Origin: Octopus vulgaris
Lineage: Eukaryota
DNA: 64,000 bases
NCBI GenBank assembly: GCA_951406725.2
Contig: OX597830.1
Span: 620,001 to 684,000 of the forward strand
Direction: 5' to 3'
The notes under the pieces were generated by a model. The model was not told the origin of the DNA and did no database searches. It saw nothing but the letters and a program-made list of their open reading frames with translations. Made by a program: the position numbers and the translations under genes. Position 1 is the stretch's first letter, and the number at the start of each line of letters is the position of its first letter. Below are positions 44,441 through 58,549 of the stretch, in pieces.

Positions 44441-47019
44441 TGAAGATTAGTGAACAAAGTATCGTGCAGCCTCAACTTGTCCACTCGACCAGTTAGAAAC
44501 AGCAGCAAATTTCCCTCGAAATCACAGCTGATCGTTATAAGAGAAGAAGGATCCTTTTGTGCAACGTTGTCCTAGACATCTTATATCTGAAGATTAGAAC
44601 ATATTTGACTATTAGAATGTCTGGTCGAGGCATAACAACGACAAATTCAGCATCAACAACCACGAAAATCCAAAACAACTAGGTGATTACTAGACCAGGT
44701 GAGTCGCTACTACTATAGACATTCCAAATCTTTGAGGTGAAGTCCATACGGTATTGAACTCCTAAGTAAAGCATTACCTGTCCCGGGGTTACAATATATC
44801 CCTCTGTAATACTTTTAACAACCTCAGTGTCTGTCTAGTCAGCAGTTGTTTAGGTCCTGCTGTATTTCTAATGGCAATGAGTTTACAACTAAATGTATTG
44901 CAGTGTTAACACACCGTCTTCTTTTAGACACTGTTTAGCCAGAACGAATTGAAGACGAAAGCAGGGAAATTTGACTGCAGTTTCTACGCCTTGAGGAAAA
45001 TGCTATTAGGATAAATGTGACAATACAAAGACTATTTGCCTCGCTTGTACGCGTTTCTGTATTCCCAGCAACCCTCACGTATAACTTATGTCATTGTGAC
45101 ACAAATGGAATAAGCAATCTAGACTATGATGGCGACAGAAGTGTCTGCTGCATTTCTGTTACAGCATCACTCTGGTAAACTCTGTTAAAAGGAAACTGGA
45201 GTCGACAAGTTGGATATATTTCTTTTGTTCTTGATCAAAAAAGAAGACTTTCGTAACTGTAATACGATGCTGAATAAATTTAATTAAAGCGACTCTCCAT
45301 AGACTCTTTCTCAACGTAAACTGTCTCAATATTATTAAGGACAATGCCTACAAAATTAATAACTTATATACTTAATTAGAATATTATTCTGCTTGTTACG
45401 ACAGCCGTGGTTTTCAACGTTATACTTGAAACAATCTTAACTAATTCATGGAACGAAATCAAAGACATAATCAAAACGTTTAACATCATCAAACAATGTA
45501 ATGAAGATCTATAAATTTATACTTCAAAACAGACGTGTTTCAAAGAGATTTGTCTGTTTTAATGAATCTTTTGTATCTACTGTTGTCTGCTGTAAAATAA
45601 AAAGATAAACACTCTAAAAGGTACTTTTTATCCAATTGAGAGCCTTATGCAGTCGTTTTCTTTGATATTAATATACATAAAATAACTTGTTATCTTTATA
45701 AAAGACCAAAAAGAAAAAAAAACCCCCAAAAAACCAGATAAGCATGTGTAATACCATAGTAGATAGATCATAAATTTGGATGGTTTTTCTCGATGAACGC
45801 TGACATTCAAGCAAACGGCAACGATGGAGATAAGGGCAGTTGTAGGATATCAATGTCTATTTATTGCAGGTAAATGAGATTACTGATAAGATATAAAACA
45901 TGAAGCAAAATTCTAAAAATATAGAAATTCAGTCCAAACCGCTGGATGTGACACCCAGCAAGGTTTTGTCAGTTGATATCCTCACATACAAACCGTTTTT
46001 ATATTGTTTATCACATTCTATCTATTCTAATTATTTACATTTTTTGTTTACATTTATTACCTTCTGTCTTTAGAAATGGAGTCTTTGAACAAGACTCGAT
46101 TAATTATCAATTAATTAATCTGAGTGATTAACATCTTGCTTTAATACCATACAATATAAATATTATCGTTTGATATAAAAAGATAGTTATCGATGTGTCT
46201 GACCATTTAATGCAATTTGAAAAACGAAAAAAAGTAAAGAACACAAAATCTATTCTAAAATAACTCTGGAGCTTTTATAGGAACTACAAAAACGAAATAA
46301 TTAAAAAGTATAAAAATTATTTGTAGGAAATTTATGCACAAAAATATTTGCTATGGTGTTTCAGTTAATAATTTAGTCTGGGGTTACCTAAAATAAACGA
46401 ATAATTATGTAAATGACTTGTGGTAAAAATCTTTGTAATAAAATTAATTCTTAGATAAATTTTTCTCCTACATGACTTTAGCAACACACATCATAAAGTT
46501 AATACGAATTATAATAAACTGAATTATAATCATTACCGCAGCAACAACTGCAACAATAATATAAAAAGAGCCGATTTTCAGTTGAAGAGAGAGCCTCTAA
46601 CGCAGTCATTCGACCTGCTAGAAACATCAGCCGTATTTCCTAAGCAACTTTTAGCAATAAATAATGCATTAAGTAAAGTAGTATAGGATAGTCAAAACAT
46701 GAGATAGCCATGACTAAAGTACCTTCCATCATAACCCTGCTCCGTCAAGGTAGAGCAGGCGAGAAGCAACAACGACAACAACAAAGACACACGTGTTTCA
46801 TAAACTGAAGAAATGAATGGAAAATTTCGTTTTAAATGATAAGGAAAACAGTTGTAAGATTCTTTCGTTTACTGATGAGGAAACCAGTGAGCGGATTCAG
46901 GTTCGAAGTGGATGATTGAGAAAGCGTGTCTCTGCAGAGTTACGTAACAAACGAAGATGCATTTATTCGTCAGCTTTTTATCGACTACTAAGAGACAATA
47001 AAATACTTTTGTAACTGAA

Positions 47020-49130
47020 ATATCCTGTCTGAACCGGTCCGCTACCTGGAAGAGATGGAGCAGATTTGCGAGGCTGTACATCCCACCTTTCCATTCTGAG
47101 AGACCTACCCAATCCACACATGCATCCAACTAATCGCCAACTAACACTAAAGAGCGATACGTCCCTAGAAAGACATCAGCACGTCTGAAGAACTCCGGTT
47201 GCCCCGCTCCAATCAATGCGTACTCTGCGACCAGTTTAAAAGCACTGCCTTCGTTATACTTCACGTTCAGGACCACCGACTTACATTCTAAAGTCATCGA
47301 AAATGGGAACGATCGTAGACTCACTGACGTCTATTACGGCCAGTCTTAGCCACCTGACGTCGTTGCGCAAGCGTCCTTCCTTCCACGACGACCCCAGGTC
47401 ACGTACAATTATACAACTTACTTTAAGAACCGCCATGCTGGCTAGGAAGTAAGGTGAGGAAAATAGAAGTGTCACTTACCCTCCTGGTGTTGTTAGTGCT
47501 CGAGTGGTTTACCCACCTTTTTTGCTTTGTTGGGTTCTTCTGGGAAACCCCTCAAAAAAGCCATCTGCTGGCCGTAACACTGGGATTGCTCCGCTTCATG
47601 CTCGTATAAGTTTCTAATGTCATTCGTACCATCATTAGGCTCTCCGGTACTCTAAGAGTGTTGGAGCTGCAGATCACACCTTCTGTTTCAATGTTCTCGT
47701 TTTGTTCTCTTGATGGCCTTAAGATTTTCATTGGCCCTCGTCACTAGCATGAAGTTCCGTTGCTGTGCAGATGATTATTATTGCTGGAGTGATATTTTTT
47801 TCTTTTTAAAGTCTGTTGTGTTTTTGATTGTATTTATAATGGTGTTGGTGATTGTGGTGCTTGTAGTGTTGGTGTTGTCATCAGTGCGTCTATGTTCGCC
47901 GTTTTTGATTTCTCCCGTTTTCTGTCTCTTTCTTGATTGTTTGTTTCTTTTTGCCTTTTGGGTTTCCCCCTCATCACTATTTGAATGCGTGGAGGATTAT
48001 GTTTTCTTCCGGTTTCGTTTGTTTCGGTTCTCTTGTAGCTGTTGTTGTTGTTGTTCCTGCTACTCTAGCTTCCACTTCTGTTGCTAGTGCTACTCCCACT
48101 GCCCCTAACACCTGCCTGCTTTCTCTCCTTGGGTTCAATTTCTGTTTCTATTCACCTGCCATTCTGCTGTTGTTGTTTTTTGGCTGTGGTGCTTTCATTT
48201 GGACAATTCTTTCTGCTGCCCTTCTGTTCTGGTTCTGTGGCCAGTGAAGCAGTAAGTGGCCAACTGAGCCACAATCGTAGCACCTCGGCCGACTGCCTTC
48301 CCCGTTCACCCTCATTCGAGAGGGAATTCAGGTATGGGACTTTCTCTAACTGTTCTGGCTTCACGTGGAGAAGTACTTTGAAGGTAGTCCCATCCCAATT
48401 CTCCCTCTCGATGTTTTAACATCCATGAGAATCGCACCGCAGCCAGTAGAAATACAAGCGAGAATCCACCACAGATCCAAGCCTAGTGGGACTGCAGGTA
48501 CTGTCATTCGTACCGCCTTTCTTCCCATGTACATTGGGAAGAGTGTGATTTCCCCGATGCGACGCGTGGTCGCCGAGCTCTGTATTGTCTGCTTCTTGCT
48601 CTTAAAAAGGACCTCTACTCCGCTTTACTGCCTCGCTCTCGCAATGTGGTGGATATCCTGTTATATTTGTTTCAAGGCTTTTCCCACATGGTCACGATTA
48701 GCATTTTCGAATTTATTTGACTTGTGTCCACGCACCTGTAGACAAGTGTCTAGTTGTTGCTTCGAGCACGTCACTTGGAGACGTCAAATTCTTCCCTCCT
48801 TCAATTCATTTTCATTTATTTTACTGCCTTCTTGAGTTTTTTTTTTCTATTTTGCTTTCCAATGAGACATTAACTAATTCCTTAGTTGCCGTGATATTTG
48901 CAAAGGTTTCTTTCCCACCGCTAACTCCATTTAGACTCTTCGCCAAATTTGCTTTCAATATTGTTTTGCGTGCTACTACAGTTTCCATTTCTCTCGCTTT
49001 CTTCCCGCCTTTCCTCTTCTTTCTTTTCTTGACTCACTTCTTCCTTGTTTTCTTCCTACTGTCTACTGCCATTTCTGTTGAGAAGGATGGCATCTCGAGA
49101 CCTTTACAATACCAGTGATTGTAAGAGGAC
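47020..49130 (-). mobile_element. Degenerate Tx1/L1-clade LINE 5' part: ORF1 related to the ORF1-only element plus the start of ORF2 (APE)
   Basis: ORF1 relic GEGSRPRCYDCGSVGHL at ~48250-48300, ending ...QEGK* at 47472. ORF2 from ATG at 47436: MAVLKVSCIIVRDLG...VIDVSE, FKLVAEYA...EFFR...SLVLVGD, VADRFR. Confidence 0.7.
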
Positions 49131-50159
49131 ACGGAATTTTCAAAAAAGAAACTGGAAATGATTTGAGGATAATCCCTGGTTTACTGCCCTTGTAAGAAGC
49201 GAAAAAAATTGTTCTGTTCCGTCACACGTATTGAGAAGAGCATTTTCGCTGCTTTGAATTTTCTTTCCTTTTCCTCTTTATATTCTTTGTTTTCTTTTTC
49301 ACTTCTTTCTAGTTTTTATATTTATTTTTTCTGTCCTTTCTTTCTTTCTCATTTTTCTTTTTCCTGTCACATAACTTGACTGCAAATGAACAGTCTAGTG
49401 TGTGTTTATTTTAATGGCCTATCAATATATACAGTGAGTTACTTTGCCCTTACTTGTCGGGAAAACACTCGACATGACATGGAAGCAAGACTTGAACGAA
49501 AATATATGATAAGACCTCATCAGCACAGGGCTCTTTACGAGTAAAATTCCAAGTGAAGTTCAAACTCCAAGTGAAGTTCTTCTGTATAGCAAGTGCTCCG
49601 CTGCGCAGCAGGGGGAACCTGTTAGTTATTTAAATATTGCTACTATGATTAATAGAAAATTGATTCAAAACGACTGTTGGAATGTAATGGAATGCTATTA
49701 CAAAAGTGGGCCTACCATGATACGATAAAGGAAAAGACTACATAGAATTTGAATAAAGACACTCTTATGGACAAAGACTTCTAAACCAAATGAAATTAAC
49801 CGTGCAAAAGCAGAGGTTATCCCAGTTGGAACTGGGGGAGATCTCCACAAGATGGAAAGTGTGTCAACGTGAATCTGCAGGACACGAAGAACAAAAACGG
49901 AATAAGGAAGAATTTAGTGGAGGGACCAATAACTACCTACAAAAGAAACAGCTTCTTTAATAATGGTGAATTCTACATTATGGAGGGAAAGACTGTTACA
50001 GAGAAAGAATGAAACTTCACTACTGCATCTGAATGAGGCGCGAAATAGCGAAAGAGGCTACCACCTCTGACAAGAATAGGTTGAGGTAGACTATATATAG
50101 TAGTGGAAAACGGGGACGAACTTTTAACGAATATCTACATAGAAAACATAACAGAACGA

Positions 50160-52400
50160 AACGATGACAGCACTTTGACACGTTCAGACACAGGTCCCAT
50201 TCGTTTGACCATCTCCAAACTTGGTGGAGGCATCGTCGGAGATCATCTATATCACTGCGAGGAGCGACCAGATTGATATCGTCGGCAAATAGAAGGGTGT
50301 GTTGCGTGAGGTCGTCGGGCAAGTCATTGATGAAGACTAAGAACAATAACGGCCCAAACACTGAACCTTGAGGCACGCCACTGCTCGCACTGGAGACGTC
50401 GGACCGCGAACCAATAACTTGGGCTTGGAAGGAGCGATCTGAGTGGAAGGCACCAACCCATCGTACAATATCCGGATGGAAACGATATGCTTGAACCTTG
50501 ACAAGTAATAGGCGGTGGTTAACCGAGTCAAAAGCTTTGGCAAAGTCCAATAAAACGATGTCAACAGCATCACCATCATCCAGGATCCACGTCACCAATT
50601 CTTCCATTACCAGTAAGTTGGTCAAGTATGATCTCTTCGGCACGAAGCCGTGTTGGGAATGAGAGATAGAGGCTGTGTTTTAGAGGTGGAGCAACATACT
50701 TTTCTTGAGGATGGTTTCGAACATCTTGCTGATTATTGATGTAAGGGAAACCGGTCGGTAGTTAAGCGGGTCTTCGCGGCTCCCTTTCTTGAAAATTGGG
50801 CAGATTATCACTGTTCTCCAGTCCACATGTATAACACTCGTCGCCCATGCCATATTGAATAGAAGTGCTAAAGTTTCGCAGATGACCGGAGCAAACGCTT
50901 TGATAACCTGTGGGTGTATGCCGTCAGGGCCGTTACCCTTGTTGTATCGAGGCCTTGAATAACGCGTTCGACTTCGTCACGAGTGATGACCAATCCAGGC
51001 ATTGGAGGTACCGATCTATCAAATGGAGGGGGTTCACGACCATCATCCTGTTTGGAATTGTCGAAAAAGCCTCGGCAAATAACTGACTCTGCTGATAAGG
51101 GTCCTCAATCGATACGCCTGTTGAGTCTACCAACGTTGCAATTTGGTTGTTCAAGCGGGAATTCCGTTGGACATGGGCAAAGAAGGTTTTTGGATTGCGA
51201 CTGGCGTTTGTCGCGATTCTGTATTCATATCTGAAGCGTTCTTCCTTTTCAATTTTCACGGCTCGGTCTCGTTGAGTTTTGTACACCTCAAAAGCTGCAG
51301 TCGAATCTTGATTTTTGAATTCAGCCCAAGCAATATCTCTGAGTCGAAGTTCTCGTTTAACCTTCTTCGTCACCCAGGGCTTATGTTTCCTCTTCTTGGG
51401 AAGCCCAACGGGAACTGCTTGGTCAGTCAACCAGATTACATATGCTTTGAGGGACGACCATAGTTCGTCAACTGAGGACATCGTCATCAGGGATCGCCAG
51501 TCCAGAAGTGCAGAAGCCTCGGTTAGAATTTCAAGATTGATTGCAGAGAAGACTCTACGTGGTAGCGAAGTAGTCGTGGGCGTAGAAAAAGTTGTGTGCA
51601 TGTCGAACTTCAGGACCGCGTGATCACTCTTGGCAAGAGGGGCGCACACAGATAAGCCTGACACTGATCTTGGATAGCGGGAGAATACCAGATCCAGCAT
51701 AGATGACTGCTGCCCAGACCGATGCCTTGTCGGAGATTCAACATGTTGCGATAGAGAACAATCTTTAGCCACGTCAAGAAGGGCCTGGCCAAACCGGGAA
51801 GATGATGTACAAATTGATGCGGGCCAGTCGATCGTGGGAGCGTTGAAGTCTCCTAATATCAAACAGTCATGAGAAGCTGAAACGAATCTTATCGCTTCGA
51901 GTAAATGAGCATCGTCCTGGGGGTCGGCAAGAGGCGGCCTGTAGACAGCTAACACGGGCAGGCAAAACCCGGATAGGCTCAGCTTGCAATAGACGGCATC
52001 GAATAATTTTGTTGTAGGTTGAGCATTAGTGGGTAGAATACCGCTGGACGGTTTGAGATCAGATTTGACATACACAGCAACACCTCCACCTCGCCTTGTT
52101 TCACTGTCACATCTGAAGAGGGCGTAGCCCTGTAGGTGGATTTCCGAGTCCTTTACTGCTGGAGTCAGCCAAGTCTCGGTGATAGCTATCAAATCTGGGA
52201 TATCACTCATGGCCAGTGTAAGTAATTCGCTGAACTTTGGAAATAAGGAGCACGAGTTGGTATAGACGATACTGAGCTGTGAAGTTTGAGGGGCGGGAAT
52301 TAGGGAACAAGCAGAATTAGGGGTATCAGAGATAGCGTCGTTGTCGGGGGTATCTATTTTACTTCGATTCGCCCACGATTCACTTTCTCTGTCAGAACTA
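50160..52400 (-). mobile_element. CR1/Jockey-type LINE C ORF2 (APE+RT), frameshifted and 3'-truncated
   Basis: VYTNSCSL, AITETWL, GGGVAVYV, LGDFNAP, LDLVF, SDHA, GPDGIHP, NYRPVSL, QHGF, LDFAKAFDSV, GVPQGSVFGPLLF, FADD. Confidence 0.88.
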
Positions 52401-52489
52401 CAGCATGCGACCAGAGGTAGGACTTGATTATTTGTTCATCGTGGATGCGTAAACCCTTCTCTCCCATCTGTTTTCTCATTTTAAGCTCG

Positions 52490-53177
52490 GATATCAGGTA
52501 TTGAGATACGCTGCTGCATTCCTGAAATGGAGAAAGGTCGAGCTACAGAACTTAGATATAGAAACTAGAAAGCTGCTCAAGATGCACAATGCGCTCCACC
52601 ATAAAGGCAATATCGTCCTACTTGGTCTACCAAGAAGGGAAGGAGGCAGATGATCACTAAACGCAGAAAGCACCGTTAATACTGTGATACTTAGTCTGAA
52701 AAACGGTTGTTCAGAATAAAGAAAGAATGCTCTCGGCAGACAGAGATACCTAAAGAGAAACATAAACAGCAGGACATTTCAAAGAGAAAAAGAGGAACAA
52801 AAGAAGAAACATAGGGAAAAAAAGGAAGTGAATGGCCAATTCTGGCAACGAACCGAGAAAGATGTACAGATCGTTGGCTTTGGTTAACGGACGGGAGGCC
52901 GACACGCTGATTATAGCCGTTCCGGAACCGGATATTAGGACAAATCTGACAAAGGCAAAGATCGACAAAAGTCAGTCAGACAGCAAATGTAGAATCTGCA
53001 GAAACGGAGAAGAAAGTAACGATCAGTGTAGAAGTGGTTGAGTATTTCGACCTTCCTCAAATCTCAAGTATGGAAGATTCTTGCTGTTTGAGGCGACTTA
53101 GGACTAAACCTCAAAATGAAATACCTGCTAAATTAGCATGCACTAGCGTAATAATAATGATAATAATAATAATGATG

Positions 53178-53234
<57 letters not shown>

Positions 53235-53245
53235 GTAATAATAAG
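52490..53245 (+). mobile_element. Degenerate, internally deleted R4/Dong-type remnant ending in (TAA)n
   Basis: LDIETRKLLKMHNALHHKG...LPRREGGR; IIAVPE.DIRTN..KAKID...DSKCRICRNGEES zinc-finger region; (TAA)n from 53148. Confidence 0.7.
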
Positions 53246-54277
53246 AACAACAAGAAAAAGAGGAAGAAGGAGAAGAAAAGTAGATGTAGACGAGGAAGAA
53301 GAAAAAGAAGAAAATCTACGACAATAACAACAAATACAGTAGAATACAAAAAAAAAAAGAAAGCAATGGTGCAACCCTTCAACTTAGGACGCAATGAGCA
53401 GAAGGCGAGTGAGAGAAAGAACAAAATGATTGCTGCAATAAATGGGAAAGCGACAGCAGAAGCAACAACGATGAAAGGCAGAAAAATAGGAAAACAATAA
53501 TAAGAAAATAATATGAAATTAGTTGGAAAATAAGAGGCAAAACTGGAAAGCAGCAACGAGGAGGAGGAGGAGGAGGAAAGCAGCAGCAACAAGCAACGCA
53601 ATTGAGAGAGAGAAAACCAGTGACGCACAGATGTCTCTAGGAAATCACATGGAACAGACTGTCACAGTAATTTGGAGAAGGGAGACGAGGGTGGGGGGAA
53701 AAGATATAGAAACAACTATAACAACAATGGTATCAATGAACACTGTGAACCTAACAACAACAACAACAAGAGTACAAAGGCAGCAATGAGAGTGGGAGCG
53801 AGAGATGAAGCAAACGACATGTCACGGTGCAAACAATATCAACACAGAACAAACGCAACTGGAAGAACATCGCTGAAGCAACAACAAAAACAACAGCTGC
53901 TGGTATTTTAGTACAACAACAACAAGAGAAGCAAGAACATTAATCAACGGCAATACATCGAATGAAAGCAATAAGAGGATTGCAAAAACATCCAACAAGA
54001 ATATTTACATCTTCACCGAAATGTTTGATGTGCTTCTTCAATGTTTATCGATTCCATTCTTGTTTACATATGTTTCGAACTTCTTTGAGGTAACGAAGAA
54101 TCTGGTCGTTTGAACAGAAAACAAACCCTAAATTTCGTAGCAAGAGAGTTTTGGTGCTGCATGCAAACATCAGCCTACATATGTGTACTCATATGTATTT
54201 ATACATACATATGTGTGTATATATATATATATATGCACACACACACATATATACATGTACATTTATATACACACACA

Positions 54278-54334
<57 letters not shown>

Positions 54335-54504
54335 ATATATGCACATACACATACTGTGTGTAATTATGCATATGTATATTTATTTCAAAGAGTAGAATGT
54401 TATTTGACGATGCTGTAATGTCTGTATTGGCATTCAGATACACGCGCACGCGCACTCACACACACACACACATACATACATCTATTCTTTCTTTTATTTT
54501 TTTA

Positions 54505-54717
54505 TCCTTTTACTTGTTACAGTCATTCACTTATTCAACTGCTGCCATGCTGGAGCTCCACCTTAAAAGGCTTTCATCGAAAGAACCGATCCAGGGCTTA
54601 TTCTTTGTAAGCCCAGTACTGACTACATCGTTTCTATTTCCGAACTGCTTTGTTACGGGGATATAAACACACCAGCACTGGTTGTCAAGCGAGGACGGGG
54701 GAGAAACATAGACACAT
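54505..54717 (-). mobile_element. Partial SINE of a second family whose tail resembles the LINE B 3' end
   Basis: Reverse complement ...aaggtggagctccagcatggcagcag...gactgtaacaagtaaaagga; internal block gcttgacaaccagtgctggtgtgtttatatccccgtaac. Confidence 0.55.
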
Positions 54718-55235
54718 AGAAGCATATTTAGATGAGCCATACAATGCGTAGACGAGATAACTCCACGAATGTAATCCGTTGTTCCGAGACCACAGAAGTA
54801 ATTGGTTAAGTATATATGTAACATATTTACTTAACATGGTTAAGGATATATGTAACATTAAGTGCCAACTAGTTGGATATTTTCTTATGTCAAGTACCGT
54901 TGCTGTTATTTTGCACCAAGCTATAGTCTACTGTCTTTGTACCAAACACCCAGAAATGGTCACTCAAGTAATATTTCCCCCTCAGCTTTATTCTGGAAAT
55001 TCACAATGGGCACCTCATTCTCTGCTTTGCGGATCGAATGCTAATTGCCAGCTATTTCTAACACGTCGAATGATTACAGAGTTTCCACTATTGAATTGAT
55101 CACATGTCATTGTAAGCATCGTAAGCGTTGTTGCCATATTTGCAATAAACTGCGTAATTTACTGATCTACATTTCCTCTACATTGCCTCTCTTTCTCTCT
55201 CTACATTTTTATGTCTTTCTCGCTCTCCCTGTGCA

Positions 55236-55267
<32 letters not shown>

Positions 55268-55887
55268 TAAATGCCTGCGTGTTTGTGTATATGTTTGTCA
55301 TGTGTGTATGTGCGTGCGTTATGTATCTATTCACTACTTGTGACATCTACCAACTAAAGTGAATGTGTTTGGAGGATGAGACTTCGCTACACCGAACCAT
55401 TTTCCTGCTTTGACCAGTTCTCTTCAGTGATGTGCTCGAAACTCGCTACTTTTGTTACATTTTAAACATATTCAGAGAAAGAGTTTGTCTTGTAACTTCA
55501 GGCATTAATTCAGTTAAAAGTAGTTCTTCAGCTCACTATATCAGATACATAAAATTGTACATTCTACCGGAAACAGCTTACTGATATCTATAAATCTGAA
55601 TTAACTGTTTTCAGACTGTAAACGACACATTTTCGCATTTTAGTCACAGGTTTTAAAAGATTTAGACCAGAAATATTTGTCATTCGTTTGGACACGTACG
55701 CAGTCCGTAAATCTGAAATTGTTGTTATACAATATAATCAGCTGTGATACCAATATAGTATAGAGTAGTAATCAGTCCAGGCTGTATACACAGGACGAAT
55801 AATAAGTAATGAGGTAACGGCGCTATATTTGATTAAACTTAAACTCTTGAAGACGAAGACTAACACCAAGATAGAATTCGTTAATAA

Positions 55888-55888
<1 letters not shown>

Positions 55889-55942
<54 letters not shown>
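55889..55942 (+). repeat. (AGT)n microsatellite
   Basis: Direct reading. Confidence 0.95.
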
Positions 55943-55943
<1 letters not shown>

Positions 55944-58149
55944 ACAGTGGTAGTTTTAAGAAATTTCCGTGAAATTAACTGTTAAACATAAGCAGACTCA
56001 TACATATGCATACTTCCATACACAAACACACACACTAAGACATGTACATGCACGCACACACACACACACACAGACACACATACACACATACACACAGAGA
56101 CACTCGTGTATGCTTATACATATATATATTCTGGTATATGTAAATATATCAAATACATATGATTATATGTGTGTATATTCATGTATATATGATATAGATA
56201 GATAGATGCATATATATATATATATATATACATACATATACATGCATGTCTATATATACATATGTGTATATTTGTGTGAGTGTTAGTGTATGTGTGTGTG
56301 TAATGGCCAATGTAAGAGACACTATAACATACGTGATAATGTGTTTCTAATGAAAGTTTCCATGCTCTGGCGATGAAGTAATCTAAACTTTAATAAGTTT
56401 TACATATGTTTTAATTTCAATTTTAATTGTATTTCGTTGTTGTTTGCTTAATTTTTGTTTAGTTTATAAAACAATTAACCAATATGCTTATTTTTAGTTT
56501 GCATTTTGGTCAAATTTAAAAAATATATATATTTACAAATAAAAATTAAATTAGAAAACTGTAAACAAAAATTTGAAAGAAATCAAAACGAAACAAATTC
56601 AAATAAAACCGAACGACAAGGAATGTAATTTAGAGTTGAAGAAATGCAATTAACCTTCGGGTTACAGAGAGTAAATTGAACTGTTAAGTAAAACTGTATA
56701 TATGTAGAGAAAGTGCGATGAAATAAAATAAATAAATAGATAGATAGATAAATAAATAGAAATAAAGAGAATTTGCTCAGAGTATAATTAGACAAAGGTG
56801 AAATGAGAGACAGGATAAAATGTTGGATTGTGATCGATGGATAGCGAGTTCAAAATATTCCCATGATCTGGATTACTGTGACTTTCGAAGACACTTAATT
56901 CTATATTGTTCCTATTCGGTTTTAAAAACGATGTTGACAATGTACTTCAGGGACATGAAACTCTTTGCTTGTCTTCCAATTCAAGTCATGAAGGTAATTC
57001 AAAAACCTTCATAAAAACGATTTAAAGTTTAAAGAGAAAACAGGGATTAAATACAAGTTGCAAAAATACTGAAATGAGAGAATTGCTAGAGCATGGGGCA
57101 AAATGAGTCAACCAGAGTTCAAGCGTCATCTACATCAACTTAAACTCATATCCTTCTGATATCGATCAACATATTACAAATAAAATAATATAGGTTCTAT
57201 TCTTCTCAAGTGTGAAATAAAATGCGAATAACCCCGTTTACCAGCACTAGTTTTAGAAATGAATGAAGATTTGAGCGAAGGGCTGTCATTTATTTCTCAG
57301 AAAAGACCACCATTTTTGCTGCTGAAACTGTACAGAAATAGAATCATGTGTTGCAGTGTACAAAAAAAGCTATAAAGAAAAAAAAAAAATAAAAGAAACT
57401 CTGTTGATCTGAAATAACTAAAATTTCATTACTTTTAATGGCAAATTAAATAGTGCTCTGAACCAGAAAGAGTTTTCCACATTTTGTTTGGGCAAACATA
57501 AATAAATAAAAATGAAACGAAAGCACACATGCCAGATTGTTCGGGAAAGGGAGGATACTATTCTGAAAGGAATCACGTATCCCGATGCTTGCCACAGACG
57601 TAACTTTAATAAAACATTTACAGGCAAATGAAAGCATAAGTAATGAAATCTCAGATATTAGTGAAGTATCGCAATGCCTTGTAAAATTATCAGCGTGAAT
57701 GATTGTCCGACTAAAGGCATTTAAAATTCACATGTTTAAAGCAACCGACGATGCGAAGGAAAGTCGCCCTCGACGATAAAGGGAAATATTTAAATGGTGA
57801 AATGAAAAAGGACACGTTGATTAATATTCCTCACTGATTTATACAAAATAGATGGGATCGTCATATCTTGAACGCTTCTAATTATAATTTTGTTCGATAT
57901 ATGTTGATCTGAAATTTAAATAACATCAACAAAATACCCTCTGTCTATCTCTCTGTATACAGACACACACACACTTACCTATCCATCTCATATATATATA
58001 TATAACCTTACCAGTTCATTTAGAAGTTAGAAGGTACCACAAAATGGAATTATCTACTTATAATTCTATTGCTGTTTATCCCAAACAACCCTACAATCAA
58101 AGGCATAATTTTGCGGTAAAACTCATCATTTTTAGAAGATCTACAACTT

Positions 58150-58480
58150 CATTAAGTAATGCTTTCCTGTTTTAAGAAATGTGGATCGAGATCCATTTTG
58201 CGATCACGTAGAGTTGCCGTTCTTGATTTGATCCCAGGCCATTGTAAGCGTTGATGCCATATTTGCAACAAACTGAGTAATTTGCTGAACCAGGGTTGAT
58301 TTCCTGTCCACCTTTCATTGATGACACTTAACATACTTCAGTGACTATTCTATGTCAGAATGGTGAAGAAGGAGCGAGATCCAGATCATACTGGGAAAAG
58401 TTTACTGTAAAACATTTGTCTGTACAGCGAATGTTGTCTCTCTTTTCTTTAAAGACACCAAACTTTAAAATCAGTATCAT
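58150..58480 (-). pseudogene. Possible decayed Ig-like domain coding segment; paralogous piece at 55075-55168
   Basis: Frame ...GSANYSVCCKYGINAYNGLGSNQERQLYVI resembles the Ig F/G-strand pattern (Y...A.N.lG). A ~90-bp similar copy at 55 kb contains stops. Confidence 0.25.
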
Positions 58481-58518
58481 TAAGTCCCGGGACAAATGCC
58501 TAATTAATTAGCACTACA

Positions 58519-58549
<31 letters not shown>

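Noticed and set aside
46865-46915. ctgatgaggaaacc...ggttcgaag hammerhead-like string
   Set aside because: GAAG instead of GAAA and no convincing stems I and III.
55045-55170. Cys-rich LITCHCKHRKRCCHIC read as a CXC or zinc-finger domain
   Set aside because: Part of the motif arises from a 9-nt duplication, and the paralogous 58.2-kb segment does not keep it on this strand.
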